Shown: positions 44,228 through 54,280, counted from the stretch's first letter. The stretch is DNA of 60,537 nucleotides from an uncultured bacterium (GCA_903994795.1 CAJEYI010000002.1:1-60537), one strand, 5' to 3'. A program made the numbers and translations. Notes: generated by a model not told the origin, from the letters alone.

Positions 44228-45398
44228 TTTTTGGCTTAAGGTTTGGTACGCCGTGGTGCATTAGTTTATCAACGAATTCCTTGAGTGGTGCACTGGCAGA
44301 GCATACGAAGTTGTCTGAGGCGCCGTAGTATAGTGTTAGCTTGTCGTTGTGGGTAGTTGCTCCAGAGGCATACACAATGCCTGGTTTTGCACCGTTTGTT
44401 TCGTAGTGTGCCTCAGGCTCGAGTACGGGAGTTGGTGAACGTGCAATGATCTTTGTTGGATCATCATGATCGAGCATCATCGCTCCGAGTTTGTATTTAG
44501 ATGGTTCATGTTTTTGCATTGCGTGGTAGAACAGTAGCCATCCCGCATCAGTTTTAATTGGTGGAACGCCTGGACCGCGCATGCGATCATGCCAGAAGCC
44601 AGCCTTGGTATTAACTAGCGCAATACGTGGACCTTCCGTGCTGTGAATATAAGGAGTAGCTTTACCGGTAGCGAGAATGTCATCGCGATATTCAACTTCT
44701 ACATCTGGCGATATACTATGTATGACAGCAAATTTCCCAAACAGTTTCTGGGGGAAGAGTAGCCAGTTTTTGTGCACTTGTTTTTCAGGCGATAGGAACG
44801 TCACGGGTGACCACTTCCATCTTTTATTTTTTAAATCATCGAGCGCAATAGATGTCATTCCCATGCGAACCGAATCCCAATTATGAAATGCAGAAAATGA
44901 AAGATATGCTCGATCATCAATTACTACGGCGCGAGGGTCTTCAGTACCACCCCAACTTCCGCCAGATGCTACAAGTGCAGGGTAATTTTTCTCAGCATAT
45001 AATCTACGCATTGTATTTAAATGCGGATCAGGCCCTTCGAGCGCAAAGACAGGATACGGCAGGCGCTCGTCAATGGTGATTCCGTCTTTTGAATTTGCAT
45101 AGCCAATTCTCGATACACCATCATTTCCAATGGCTCTATAGAAGAGATGAGTTTGTTCACCATCATGAATTGCCGCAGGGTTCATTACTGCCTGACCTTC
45201 GAAGTCGTATGTGGTTGGGTGAAGAAGGGGATTCTGGGGATTCCGAGATAACGAAAGTGCTTTTTTCTGATCTTTGTATTCCTTCTTGCTTCTCGCAGTT
45301 ACGGTAAGCAGCTCCCATACTCCCCACACAAAAAGCCCAGATACAAAGAAGGCGAATAGAACGAGACCGAAAAAGAGAATGTACTCCATAGGGTTCAT
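44220..45398 (-). CDS. GH130-family glycoside phosphorylase/hydrolase with N-terminal TM anchor
   Basis: MNPAAI, IGYANSKDG, GTEDPR and YYGASDN are present, with one N-terminal hydrophobic helix. It overlaps the downstream gene by 8 nt. Confidence 0.8.
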   Translation of the reverse strand: MNPMEYILFFGLVLFAFFVSGLFVWGVWELLTVTARSKKEYKDQKKALSLSRNPQNPLLHPTTYDFEGQAVMNPAAIHDGEQTHLFYRAIGNDGVSRIGYANSKDGITIDERLPYPVFALEGPDPHLNTMRRLYAEKNYPALVASGGSWGGTEDPRAVVIDDRAYLSFSAFHNWDSVRMGMTSIALDDLKNKRWKWSPVTFLSPEKQVHKNWLLFPQKLFGKFAVIHSISPDVEVEYRDDILATGKATPYIHSTEGPRIALVNTKAGFWHDRMRGPGVPPIKTDAGWLLFYHAMQKHEPSKYKLGAMMLDHDDPTKIIARSPTPVLEPEAHYETNGAKPGIVYASGATTHNDKLTLYYGASDNFVCSASAPLKEFVDKLMHHGVPNLKPKIV

Positions 45399-45778
45399 GT
45401 TCTGTTATAGTCGTCCTCAACACGCTCGATATCGTTATCGTCAAACGTCCCAAATGATATTTCGAGGACGGACACTCCCTCATCACCGCCAGTGAGTTGG
45501 TGCAGATCACCTGCGCGCATCTGGATTTCATCGCCGATTTTCACATCTCGTATCTCGTCACCTGACTGGGCAACCCCATACCCCTGAATAACCTGCCAAT
45601 ACTCACTGCGAATTTTGTGTCGCTGAAGTGAAAGGCGAGAGTGGGGTGCGATGCGGAGAATCTTAACGGTGCTCTGTTCGTTTAAGGTAAATTGTTCAAA
45701 AGACCCCCACGGTCGTTCTTCAGTAAGGTGGTGAGTAAGGAGGTTCATAGGTAATAAGTTATATATAGAATAACGCAC
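45395..45778 (-). CDS. cupin-domain protein, type II mannose-6-phosphate isomerase C-terminal-domain-like
   Basis: EERPWGSFEQ, LSLQRH..RSEYW.V..G matches the ManC-type cupin. It has a 4-nt overlap with the next gene. Confidence 0.72.
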   Translation of the reverse strand: MRYSIYNLLPMNLLTHHLTEERPWGSFEQFTLNEQSTVKILRIAPHSRLSLQRHKIRSEYWQVIQGYGVAQSGDEIRDVKIGDEIQMRAGDLHQLTGGDEGVSVLEISFGTFDDNDIERVEDDYNRT

Positions 45779-45950
45779 AAAAGACTTTTTGTGCCTGTGG
45801 ATAGAGGGCGGCGTGCATAACTTTTTTGATTGTAGTAGACTTGATGAGTACTTGCTTGACGACAGAAAATAGATCGGCTTGCTGCGGACATCAGTAATAT
45901 GAAGTACTCATGGGTGAATTGGGATAAGATCCCTGCCGTCACCTCAAGCA

Positions 45951-45984
45951 AACAAAAAACACCCTTTATGGTGTGTTTTTTGTT
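45951..45984 (-). terminator. terminator hairpin enclosing the stop codon of 45966-46418
   Basis: aacaaaaaacacc-ctttat-ggtgtgttttttgtt. The stop codon and the last codons lie in the stem. Confidence 0.6.
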
Positions 45985-46418
45985 CTAAAGTGAATCGAGC
46001 AGATTTCTAAAGAATCTCTAAAGACATCAAAAATAATTCTGATTTGGGGCATTCCAATGTAAGTATAGGTTTTTGAATAAGCATATCTCGTATTTGTTTT
46101 TATACTCGAATCGAAATTAATCACGGTTTCTTTGGTCATATCAATCGCGAAACATATGTACTGAATCGCAATCTCTGGCGAATGATTTTTTAAAAGTTCT
46201 TTTTTCCGTGCTTCTACAAAATGTTTAAGTGATTTCCTTGAAATATAGACTCGGAATCTATCGTGTGGATGTTTCCCGTGTTTCGATTTGTGAATCAGGA
46301 AGAGAGGTAATAATTCATCAGGGAAGTCTATGTGTGCCTTGTCTGGCAAGCTAAAGTATTCAGTAGCAATTTCTTTAATCCTGCGGGTATATAATAATTC
46401 AGCAGGACTTGAGTACAT
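45966..46418 (-). CDS. hypothetical protein (150 aa)
   Basis: A clean ORF preceded by the shared promoter-like block and followed by a terminator. No family was recognised. Confidence 0.5.
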   Translation of the reverse strand: MYSSPAELLYTRRIKEIATEYFSLPDKAHIDFPDELLPLFLIHKSKHGKHPHDRFRVYISRKSLKHFVEARKKELLKNHSPEIAIQYICFAIDMTKETVINFDSSIKTNTRYAYSKTYTYIGMPQIRIIFDVFRDSLEICSIHFRTKNTP

Positions 46419-46440
46419 CTATTAATGCTAATATTTTCAG

Positions 46441-46487
46441 CCTGAAATAGTTCTGAATTTTATATAAAGTCTTTCTGAGTTTTTGAC
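46441..46487 (-). promoter_or_regulatory. shared promoter-like block upstream of 45966-46418
   Basis: The minus strand reads gtcaaaaactcagaaagactttatataaaattcagaactatttcagg. In 21 of 22 positions it is identical to the pilB block over aaagt.tttctgagtttttgac. Confidence 0.5.
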
Positions 46488-46516
46488 TTTATTCCACAAG
46501 CTCCTATAGTACTGGT

Positions 46517-46753
46517 ATGAAACGAGCAATAGAAAATACTGTATACGAAGAACGCTCAAAACGAGACATGACACAAGAAACACTTGCCCACGAAGTCGGG
46601 GTATCTCGTCAGACTATTATTGCGATTGAACGAGGAAAATATACGCCGTCGGTAGCATTGGCACTTCGAATCGCGCACGCGTTTAATTTGCACGTCGAGG
46701 ACTTATTTGCACTTATGTATCCAGACCTCTCGATGCGTAAGCTGAAGAAGTAG
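46517..46753 (+). CDS. XRE-family HTH transcriptional regulator (78 aa)
   Basis: [35 protein letters not shown] is a classical Cro/C1 HTH. Confidence 0.85.
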   Translation: MKRAIENTVYEERSKRDMTQETLAHEVGVSRQTIIAIERGKYTPSVALALRIAHAFNLHVEDLFALMYPDLSMRKLKK

Positions 46754-46780
46754 CGCCTTTTATACATAAACTATTTATTT

Positions 46781-47143
46781 ATGAACAAGACCATGCTCGA
46801 ACGAATCGTTGCGATAATCCTCATAGTGCTTCTTGTAATGATTGGAAATCCATTTATGTTCTGGATGCCAAGCATGATGTTAACAGTAATTCTGGTGGTA
46901 ATTGCTGCGCTAATATTTGCATGGATTGGTTTCTTTCTTACCGAGAAAGCAGAAGATGAACGAGAAGTGCATCACCGTACACACGCAGGACGCACTTCAT
47001 ATATGAGTGCTGCTGTCGTACTTACTATTGCGCTCGTATATCAGGGCTTCACGGACGCTATAGATATATGGATTCCGTTTACTTTGGCCATCATGATCGT
47101 ATCGAAACTTATAGCGAGGTTTGTGGCAGAAACATACGAATAG
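46781..47143 (+). CDS. small integral membrane protein co-located with the XRE regulator
   Basis: It has four hydrophobic helices and starts 27 nt after the HTH gene. Confidence 0.6.
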   Translation: MNKTMLERIVAIILIVLLVMIGNPFMFWMPSMMLTVILVVIAALIFAWIGFFLTEKAEDEREVHHRTHAGRTSYMSAAVVLTIALVYQGFTDAIDIWIPFTLAIMIVSKLIARFVAETYE

Positions 47144-47229
47144 AAATTGTGCACAGCTACATGTAAAGAATCCTTTACATTGTTTAAGAAAATGACTAGT
47201 ATGTTTCTATAGTCATAATTTTTTTGTAC

Positions 47230-49038
47230 ATGGCACTTTTCTTTATCGCATTACTTGCAGGATTTCTAACAGTTCTTTCGCCTTGTGTATTGCCACTGCT
47301 GCCGATAATTGTTGGAGGTTCTATCACTGGAGAGCGTAGTGTGTGGCGAGCACTTACGGTCACAATCTCTCTTGGAGTCTCTGTGTTTGTTTTTACAATA
47401 CTTCTCAAAGTGCTCACAATCTTCATCCAAGTACCAGCATGGTTTTGGACTGATTTTTCGGCTGTGCTTATTGGTGTTGTCGGTCTCTCAATGCTTTTTC
47501 CAAAACTCTGGGACATGCTTCCGTTCGCTGCACGTCTTAATGCCGAATCAAGCAAGACCATGAATGAAGGGTTCGCGAAGAAAAGCTTCTGGGGTGATGT
47601 GCTCGTTGGTGGTGCGTTGGGCCCAGTGTTCTCAAGTTGTAGTCCAACATATTTTATCGTTCTTGCGACTGTTCTTCCTGCAAGTCTTGCGGCTGGAGTC
47701 GCTGATATACTTGCGTACATTGTCGGGCTCTGCGTCTCGCTACTAGTTGTGTCATTTGTTGGGCAAAAGATTCTTGACGGGCTGGGTGTCGCATCAGATC
47801 CAAATGGTTTATTTAAAAAGATTTTTGGAATATTGTTTATTTTGGTTGGAATCGCAATTGCGACTGGCTTTGATAAGGTGCTGGAAGCGCCACTCTACAA
47901 GATTTTTGATGAGACAACGATTGAGCAGGGCCTTTTGCAAAATAAAGCAGGGATGTCTGCAAGCTCAACTGCATCAGGTCTGGGACTTACACCAATTACT
48001 GCTTCCACAACACAGACTGGTACAAACATAAAAGTAACACCGCTACTTGCTGCAACGCTTGCAAAAAAGTCAGCACTGTATCCACAAGCTCCAGAGTTCG
48101 TAACTCCAGACGGATATCTCAATCCTAATGGACAGCCAATTTCACTTGCGGGATATAAAGGAAAGAATGTTGTGCTCGTAGATTTCTGGACTTACAGCTG
48201 CATAAATTGCCAGCGCACATTGCCGTATCTAAATTCTTGGTATGCGAAGTATAAGGATCAGGGCCTCGTGATTATTGGTGTAAGCACTCCAGAGTTTGCC
48301 TTTGAACATGTGCAGAGCAATGTAGCTGCTGCAATGAAGCAGCTCGGCATTATGTATCCAGTAATTCTTGATAATGAATACAAAACATGGAATGCGTACA
48401 AGAATCAGTTTTGGCCACATGAATACCTTGTCGACATAGATGGATATGTTGTGCATGACCACATTGGAGAGGGTGGGTATGCCGAAACAGAGATGGCAAT
48501 TCAGGCAGCTCTTGCAGAACGAGCAACGAGACTTCGCATGTCGACAGAGGGAATCAAGCAGTCAGTTACAAACGTAAAAGCTGATGATATAGGTGCGGTG
48601 CAAAGTCCTGAGACGTACTTTGGTTCAGATCGAAATCAGTATCTCGGAAATGGCACAAAAGGGCAGGCTGGTCCGCAGACGTTCATGCTTCCAGTTACAG
48701 CACCAAGTGCAAACACGCTGTACCTTGGTGGCCCATGGAGCATTGAAGCAGAGGACGCTGTAACTCAAGGACCGTCAAGCGTGAAGTACGTGTACAGTGC
48801 AAATGATTTCTATATCGTTGCAAGTGGTGATTCTGCAATTAGTGTGGAGGTGTTGCAGGATGGTGTGTCGCTTACCGCTACGAATGCTGGAGCAGACGTC
48901 GATCCTTCAACGAGCACGGCCACTATCCAAGCGAATCGACTCTACAAACTCGTACATAATTCAGTGCCTGGTGTTCACACAATCGAACTCAAAATCTCCG
49001 GACCAGGATTCCATGCGTACACACTCGACTTCGGATAA
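47230..49038 (+). CDS. CcdA/DsbD-type transmembrane thiol-disulfide transporter fused to a thioredoxin-like (TlpA/ResA) domain and a C-terminal beta-rich domain
   Basis: The N-terminus GFLTVLSPCVLPLLP is the CcdA signature. The central region is VDFWTYSCINCQRTLP (CxxC). The ATG is at 47230; the ORF track begins at TTG 47224. Confidence 0.8.
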   Translation: MALFFIALLAGFLTVLSPCVLPLLPIIVGGSITGERSVWRALTVTISLGVSVFVFTILLKVLTIFIQVPAWFWTDFSAVLIGVVGLSMLFPKLWDMLPFAARLNAESSKTMNEGFAKKSFWGDVLVGGALGPVFSSCSPTYFIVLATVLPASLAAGVADILAYIVGLCVSLLVVSFVGQKILDGLGVASDPNGLFKKIFGILFILVGIAIATGFDKVLEAPLYKIFDETTIEQGLLQNKAGMSASSTASGLGLTPITASTTQTGTNIKVTPLLAATLAKKSALYPQAPEFVTPDGYLNPNGQPISLAGYKGKNVVLVDFWTYSCINCQRTLPYLNSWYAKYKDQGLVIIGVSTPEFAFEHVQSNVAAAMKQLGIMYPVILDNEYKTWNAYKNQFWPHEYLVDIDGYVVHDHIGEGGYAETEMAIQAALAERATRLRMSTEGIKQSVTNVKADDIGAVQSPETYFGSDRNQYLGNGTKGQAGPQTFMLPVTAPSANTLYLGGPWSIEAEDAVTQGPSSVKYVYSANDFYIVASGDSAISVEVLQDGVSLTATNAGADVDPSTSTATIQANRLYKLVHNSVPGVHTIELKISGPGFHAYTLDFG

Positions 49039-49048
49039 ATATAGTGGC

Positions 49049-49405
49049 TTACGGTGTTTTGGTCGGTGTTGTGGACTTAACTGTCTCAACCTGCTGTGCT
49101 GTTTTACTGCTCGTGGTGGCTATTTCTGTTGAGCTTGCAGTCGGGCTAGATGCAGAAACTTGTGTGCGTGTGAGTAGCGTCGTTGTAGAAGTCTTCGTTG
49201 ATCCACTCAGGACTCCTTGAGCTGCCCCAAGGTTTACCGTGCTGCCGGCCTTGGTGCTAATTGAAGCCAGTGAGTCCAGTAGGGACGTCGCTGATAAATT
49301 ACTGTTCATGGGGGCAAATGTCGTTACTGCAACAAGTCCGAGGAGTGCAATTGTGCCTGCACCAAATATCTTGGTAAAAGGGTTTGTCTTTTCTTTGTGG
49401 CTCAT
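49049..49405 (-). CDS. small membrane-anchored Ser/Thr-rich protein
   Basis: It has an N-terminal TM helix followed by low-complexity S/T-rich sequence. It is convergent with the previous gene. Confidence 0.4.
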   Translation of the reverse strand: MSHKEKTNPFTKIFGAGTIALLGLVAVTTFAPMNSNLSATSLLDSLASISTKAGSTVNLGAAQGVLSGSTKTSTTTLLTRTQVSASSPTASSTEIATTSSKTAQQVETVKSTTPTKTP

Positions 49406-49473
49406 AAACTATATTCTAGCACTAAAGATATCCCCGTTCGCAAGAAAAAATGAAACCGGTATACTGGGTATAT

Positions 49474-50010
49474 ATGAATACAACACTTTACACCGTTACC
49501 ATCCCTGTTTTTATTAAAAGCCTTGAAAACCTGTCAGGATTTATAGATAAAGCCGTACTTCATGCAGAAGCTCCCGCCGAAGGTGCGTCAGCAATTAATC
49601 TCCCAGAACTCATGCAAGCTCGCCTTGCTCCAGACCAATTTCCATTTGTGAAGCAGGTACAACTTGCGTCTGATACTGCAAAGGCATTTGCTGCACGACT
49701 CAATGGTGAAGAACCAGTAGCGATGGCAGATACTGAGACGACGATGGAGGAATTGAAGAAGCGAATTGATGCGACGATTGCGGTATTGAAAGAGGTGAAG
49801 CCAGAAACAGTGGATGGAAAAGAAGATGCACAAGTAACTATTAAATGGTTCCCAGGAAAGTTCATTACCGGATTTGGTTACGCAACCGAATATGTGCTTC
49901 CTAACTTCTTCTTCCATGTCACTACCGCGTACGCGATTCTTCGCCACAACGGTATCCAGCTCGGCAAAGCTGATTTCCTAGGAGCAATCTCACTACAAGA
50001 TCTAGCGTAA
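49474..50010 (+). CDS. DUF1993-family protein
   Basis: The N-terminus LYTVTIPVFIKSLENL and the overall size fit DUF1993 as I recall it. An alternative start is ATG 49450. Confidence 0.65.
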   Translation: MNTTLYTVTIPVFIKSLENLSGFIDKAVLHAEAPAEGASAINLPELMQARLAPDQFPFVKQVQLASDTAKAFAARLNGEEPVAMADTETTMEELKKRIDATIAVLKEVKPETVDGKEDAQVTIKWFPGKFITGFGYATEYVLPNFFFHVTTAYAILRHNGIQLGKADFLGAISLQDLA

Positions 50011-50098
50011 AGTTCAGAAAGCGGGCCATAATTAGGCCACATTTTCTAGTGTTTCCGAAGCTCGCGCAATTAAGGTACAGTAATTCAAATTGATACAT

Positions 50099-51064
50099 AT
50101 GACTGATTCTCATGTAGATAACGGTGTGCCAGCTCTAAAAATCGAACACCTCCGGAAGGTGTATGCGAGCAGGACAGGTGCGACCGGTGCTGGGCATGAG
50201 GCACTGAAAGACGTCTCGCTCACAATCCCATCCGGAGAGTTCTTTGCATTCCTCGGCCCAAACGGAGCAGGGAAGTCAACACTCATTGGAATTCTTTCTG
50301 GACTTGTTGTGAAGTCTTCAGGAACGGCAGAGGTGTGTGGCGTTTCTATTGATGCGAACCCTGAAAAGGCAAAGTCATTCATCGGACTCGTACCCCAGGA
50401 ATTCAACCTTAACTGGTTTGAGACTTCACTTGAAATTATTGTGAATCAAGCTGGATACTATGGTATCGCACGAAAGGACATTATGCCGCGTGCTGAACAG
50501 CTTCTGAAAGATCTCGGTCTTTGGGATAAGCGACATGAGCAGTCACGCACACTTTCTGGTGGCATGAAGCGACGACTGATGATTGCACGCGCACTCATCC
50601 ACGAACCAAAGGTGCTTCTTCTCGATGAACCAACTGCTGGGGTTGATGTCGAGCTTCGCCGCGAGATGTGGGAATACCTCCGCACTCTTAATGAACAGGG
50701 AACTACAATCATTCTCACCACACACTATCTCGAAGAGGCCGAGCAGCTCTGTCGCCAGGTAGCGATCATTAATCATGGCGAAATAATCAAGCAGGGAACT
50801 GTGAAGTCGTTGCTTACAAGTCTGAACTTCGTAACACTCCTTCTCGACGTGGTCGCTCCAGTGTCTACTGCTGAGATGACACTTGTGCGTGATTACCCAA
50901 TTACGAAAATCGACGACATGACGCTTGAACTCAAGCTCGCACCGGGAGAGACAGTCAATGACTCATTCCGAAAGCTCACAGCAATTGGCGTGCAGATTGC
51001 AAACATTCGGAACACCGGAAGTCGACTTGAAGAAGTCTTCATAAATTTGATTGAGAAAAAATAA
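50099..51064 (+). CDS. ABC transporter ATP-binding protein (ABC-2/DrrA type)
   Basis: Walker A is GPNGAGKST, the signature is LSGGMKRR and Walker B is LLLDEPTAGVD. Confidence 0.9.
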   Translation: MTDSHVDNGVPALKIEHLRKVYASRTGATGAGHEALKDVSLTIPSGEFFAFLGPNGAGKSTLIGILSGLVVKSSGTAEVCGVSIDANPEKAKSFIGLVPQEFNLNWFETSLEIIVNQAGYYGIARKDIMPRAEQLLKDLGLWDKRHEQSRTLSGGMKRRLMIARALIHEPKVLLLDEPTAGVDVELRREMWEYLRTLNEQGTTIILTTHYLEEAEQLCRQVAIINHGEIIKQGTVKSLLTSLNFVTLLLDVVAPVSTAEMTLVRDYPITKIDDMTLELKLAPGETVNDSFRKLTAIGVQIANIRNTGSRLEEVFINLIEKK

Positions 51065-51075
51065 CACGCACCACT

Positions 51076-51879
51076 ATGTCTATCTCAACTGCTTCAAACC
51101 TAACTTCAAAACGCTCACCGATAGTGGTTGGTTTCTTGACGATGCTTCGAAAAGAAACGTCACGCATCTTCCGCATTTGGTCTCAGACACTGCTTCCGCC
51201 AGTTGTGACGACCTCGCTCTACTTTGCTATCTTCGGTACCTTTATAGGTTCACAAATTGCAAAGATTGAAGGCTTCTCCTACATTCAGTTTATTGTGCCC
51301 GGCCTTGTGATGATGGCGGTTATTACGAGCTCGTACAGCAACGTCGTCTCGACATTTTTCGGTGCGAAGATGCAGCGATATCTTGAGGAGTTGCTCGTGT
51401 CGCCGCTTCCTGATTGGGTCGTGATTGCGGGGTTTGTAAGTGGGGGAATCGTGCGCTCATTGCTAGTTGCGGTTCTCGTACTTGTTGTCTCGCTTTTCTT
51501 CACACATCTCGTGATTTTCAATGTGCTTGTTATCTTTGCTGCTGCATTTCTCACGTCTGTGCTTTTCTCTCTCGCTGGCTTGGTGAACGGTATCTACGCA
51601 AAATCATTCGATGGTATTAACATCGTACCTACCTTTGTGCTCACTCCTCTCACATATCTCGGCGGAGTATTCTACTCGGTAAATCGTTTGCCAGTGTTTT
51701 TTAAAGAACTTTCACTTTTCAATCCGATTCTCTACATGGTGAATGCATTCCGTTATGGATTTCTTGGAATCACTGACGTATCGCTCTACACAAGTTTCGC
51801 TGTTATGATTGTATTGATACTCGTATTGCTTGCACTTGCATTGTGGCTGTTTAAAAAAGGTAACGGACTCAAGAGTTAA
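51076..51879 (+). CDS. ABC-2 type transporter permease
   Basis: Six hydrophobic helices, immediately downstream of the ATPase. Confidence 0.85.
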   Translation: MSISTASNLTSKRSPIVVGFLTMLRKETSRIFRIWSQTLLPPVVTTSLYFAIFGTFIGSQIAKIEGFSYIQFIVPGLVMMAVITSSYSNVVSTFFGAKMQRYLEELLVSPLPDWVVIAGFVSGGIVRSLLVAVLVLVVSLFFTHLVIFNVLVIFAAAFLTSVLFSLAGLVNGIYAKSFDGINIVPTFVLTPLTYLGGVFYSVNRLPVFFKELSLFNPILYMVNAFRYGFLGITDVSLYTSFAVMIVLILVLLALALWLFKKGNGLKS

Positions 51880-51917
51880 GTAGTACTCAAGTGCAGAGAT
51901 CACAACATATCACAATC

Positions 51918-52661
51918 ATGAAAAAAGAATTATTTTTCTCAATAGTGGTACCTGCACACAATGAAGAAAAATACATTGAAGCAACGCTTCGGCATCTGCA
52001 GAATCTCGACTATCCGAAAGATTCATTTGAGGTGATTGTAGTTGAGAATGGTTCAAATGATGAAACATATGCGAAAGCCAAGGCTTTCGCATCAGATCAT
52101 TTCAAAATCTTCTCCGTTAAAGAGTCAGGTGTCTCGCATGCTAGAAATGTCGGCATATCAAAAGTCAGTCCTAACGCCGATTGGGTATTTTTTCTAGATG
52201 CCGATACGTTTCCTGAGCCGCCATTTTTAAAGTCACTCGTGAAATATCTCAAAGAGAACGAGGATCGTACGTATGTGGTTGGTACAGCAGAAATACAGCC
52301 ATTTCCGAAGTCTCCTGGAATGAATTTCATATATGGAGGAACAAATTTCTTCTTTCGTTTACGAAGTACTCCGTATGGAGGAGCACTCTTTGTGCGTCGT
52401 GACCTAGTCACTAAAGCAGCGTTTGATGAAGATTTGCAGATGGGAGAAGATGAGTCCTTTGCAAAAGACCTTAGTAAGTCTGGTAAGTTTTTCTTTTTTA
52501 ATACAAAACTAGTTCACACGTCGACACGCAGGTATCAAAATGGTGGATGGAAGAAAATCCCAGCTTGGATTGGTTTGTGGTTATTTGCTATGATACAACC
52601 ACCACATGCCAATGATCCCGCTTCATTCCACCGTCGCCTCAAGTACAAAGCTGTACGCTAG
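51918..52661 (+). CDS. family 2 glycosyltransferase
   Basis: FSIVVPAHNEE..I, VV.NGS.D.T and FLDADT (the DxD motif) are present. Confidence 0.85.
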   Translation: MKKELFFSIVVPAHNEEKYIEATLRHLQNLDYPKDSFEVIVVENGSNDETYAKAKAFASDHFKIFSVKESGVSHARNVGISKVSPNADWVFFLDADTFPEPPFLKSLVKYLKENEDRTYVVGTAEIQPFPKSPGMNFIYGGTNFFFRLRSTPYGGALFVRRDLVTKAAFDEDLQMGEDESFAKDLSKSGKFFFFNTKLVHTSTRRYQNGGWKKIPAWIGLWLFAMIQPPHANDPASFHRRLKYKAVR

Positions 52662-52716
52662 TACCAAGCTACACCAATTCTCGGCGCAATATATTGTGAC
52701 GCCGCTTGGCCTATTC

Positions 52717-53334
52717 ATGACATGGCTAAGTATTCATACCAGTCTTGCCTACATAGTACTTTTGCTTGGTGCATATTTTGAAGCATTGGTCGGACCGTCA
52801 TTTTTTATTCCAGGAGAGATATTTCTGCTTGGGGGTTCCATTCTTGCTGGCTCGCACGTGTTAAATATTTGGATGGTTATAGGAGTGCTATATCTCGGCG
52901 CAATTCTTGGTGACACATCGAGCTATTGGATTGGCAGAATGATTGGCACATCAATATTTCATGATGATAAAAAGTTTTTAAACTTCAAGAACTATCGCAA
53001 AGTTGAAGAACTGCTAGAAAAATACGGACTCATCGGGATTTTCTTTGCACGACTCGTTGGTCCATTTTCAAAACTCGCCCCAGTCACTGCCGGAATTTTT
53101 AAAATACCTTTTAAGAAGTTTCTTTTGTATAACATTCCGGGAGTTCTCGTGGGTTGCGGTGAATTCATTGTTGCTGGGTATTTCTTTGGAAATAATTACG
53201 AGCTCGTGCTCTGGGTAGTTGAGCGATATACAGCGATAGCGGTAGTGCTTCTCATAGTTGCGGCAGGCGCATATTGGTATTTCGTAAAGAGACGAAAAGA
53301 TAAAAAATACGCACATACGGAGGTTTCAGAATAG
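52717..53334 (+). CDS. DedA/SNARE-associated family membrane protein
   Basis: FFIPGEIFLLGGSILAG, GDTSSYWIGR and ARLVGPF are present. The start is uncertain (ORF open from 52606, overlapping the GT2 gene). Confidence 0.78.
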   Translation: MTWLSIHTSLAYIVLLLGAYFEALVGPSFFIPGEIFLLGGSILAGSHVLNIWMVIGVLYLGAILGDTSSYWIGRMIGTSIFHDDKKFLNFKNYRKVEELLEKYGLIGIFFARLVGPFSKLAPVTAGIFKIPFKKFLLYNIPGVLVGCGEFIVAGYFFGNNYELVLWVVERYTAIAVVLLIVAAGAYWYFVKRRKDKKYAHTEVSE

Positions 53335-53349
53335 TGTATACTTTTATCT

Positions 53350-54216
53350 ATGCTCACGTATTCGCAGGCGTTTATACTCGGACTTATCCAAGGGCTCACC
53401 GAGCTCTTTCCAATTTCTAGCCTAGGACACAGTGTACTTATCCCAGCGCTTCTCCAATGGCAGCTTGATGAGCATGCCCAGTTTTTCGTAGTCTTTCTTG
53501 TTGCAACACATCTCGCAACAGCACTAGTCCTCTTGGCATTTTTCTGGAAGGATTGGATGAAAGTAATTCATGGCTTCTTCAAACTTGCTGAGGGACTTAT
53601 CGTTCGCCGCAAACTAGAAACCCATGACACATATGCACGACTCTCGTGGTTGCTTATATTGGCTACTGTACCTGCAGGACTTCTTGGTTTGATTTTCCAG
53701 AAAAAGATTGAAGGGCTTTTTGCAGTACCGAAGCTCGTGGCAATTGTGCTTATTCTAAATGGCCTTATGCTTTACGGAGTCGAACTTATAAAGAAAAGCC
53801 GTATGCGTTTTGCAAACTTGCGTAATCCAGGTGACGCGGCAATTGTGAAGATCTCAGGATTTGCAGCGTTTGGTGCAGGAACAATGCAGGCACTCGCACT
53901 CATTCCTGGATTTTCTCGCACGGGAGCTTCATTGACCGGTGGCCTCTTGGCTGGACTTGATCACGAGAGTTCTGCGCGGTTCTCTTTTTTGCTGGCAACG
54001 CCGATAATTTTTGCGGCAGCAATCCTAAAACTTCCTGTGCTACTGCATGCGGATTTTCCAATACTTCCGATACTATTCGGGGCACTCGTTTCAGCAATTG
54101 CTGCGTTCTTCACGCTTAAATTTCTCGTTCAGTATTTTAAAACAAACACTCTCGTACCGTTCGCGTGGTACTGCATTATTGTGGGATCTTTGTCGTTTGT
54201 GATTTTGGTTTCGTAG
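53350..54216 (+). CDS. uppP: undecaprenyl-diphosphate phosphatase
   Basis: GLIQGLTELFPISSLGH and PGFSRTGASL are the BacA/UppP motifs. Confidence 0.9.
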   Translation: MLTYSQAFILGLIQGLTELFPISSLGHSVLIPALLQWQLDEHAQFFVVFLVATHLATALVLLAFFWKDWMKVIHGFFKLAEGLIVRRKLETHDTYARLSWLLILATVPAGLLGLIFQKKIEGLFAVPKLVAIVLILNGLMLYGVELIKKSRMRFANLRNPGDAAIVKISGFAAFGAGTMQALALIPGFSRTGASLTGGLLAGLDHESSARFSFLLATPIIFAAAILKLPVLLHADFPILPILFGALVSAIAAFFTLKFLVQYFKTNTLVPFAWYCIIVGSLSFVILVS

Positions 54217-54241
54217 GGGGAATTGGTTGATGGTTCAAAAG

Positions 54242-54280
54242 ACACCGGGCGCCTCTTCAGAGGCGCCCGGTGTTTTGTTT
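54242..54280. terminator. bidirectional rho-independent terminator
   Basis: acaccgggcgcctct-tc-agaggcgcccggtgt (15-bp perfect stem) is followed by tttgttt. It lies between the convergent uppP and pilin genes. Confidence 0.8.

Noticed and set aside
47196-47720. A 174-aa minus-strand ORF overlapping the start of the CcdA-thioredoxin gene.
   Set aside because: It is an antisense shadow of a well-supported membrane-protein gene with low-complexity A/T/S/P-rich translation, and no independent signals support it.
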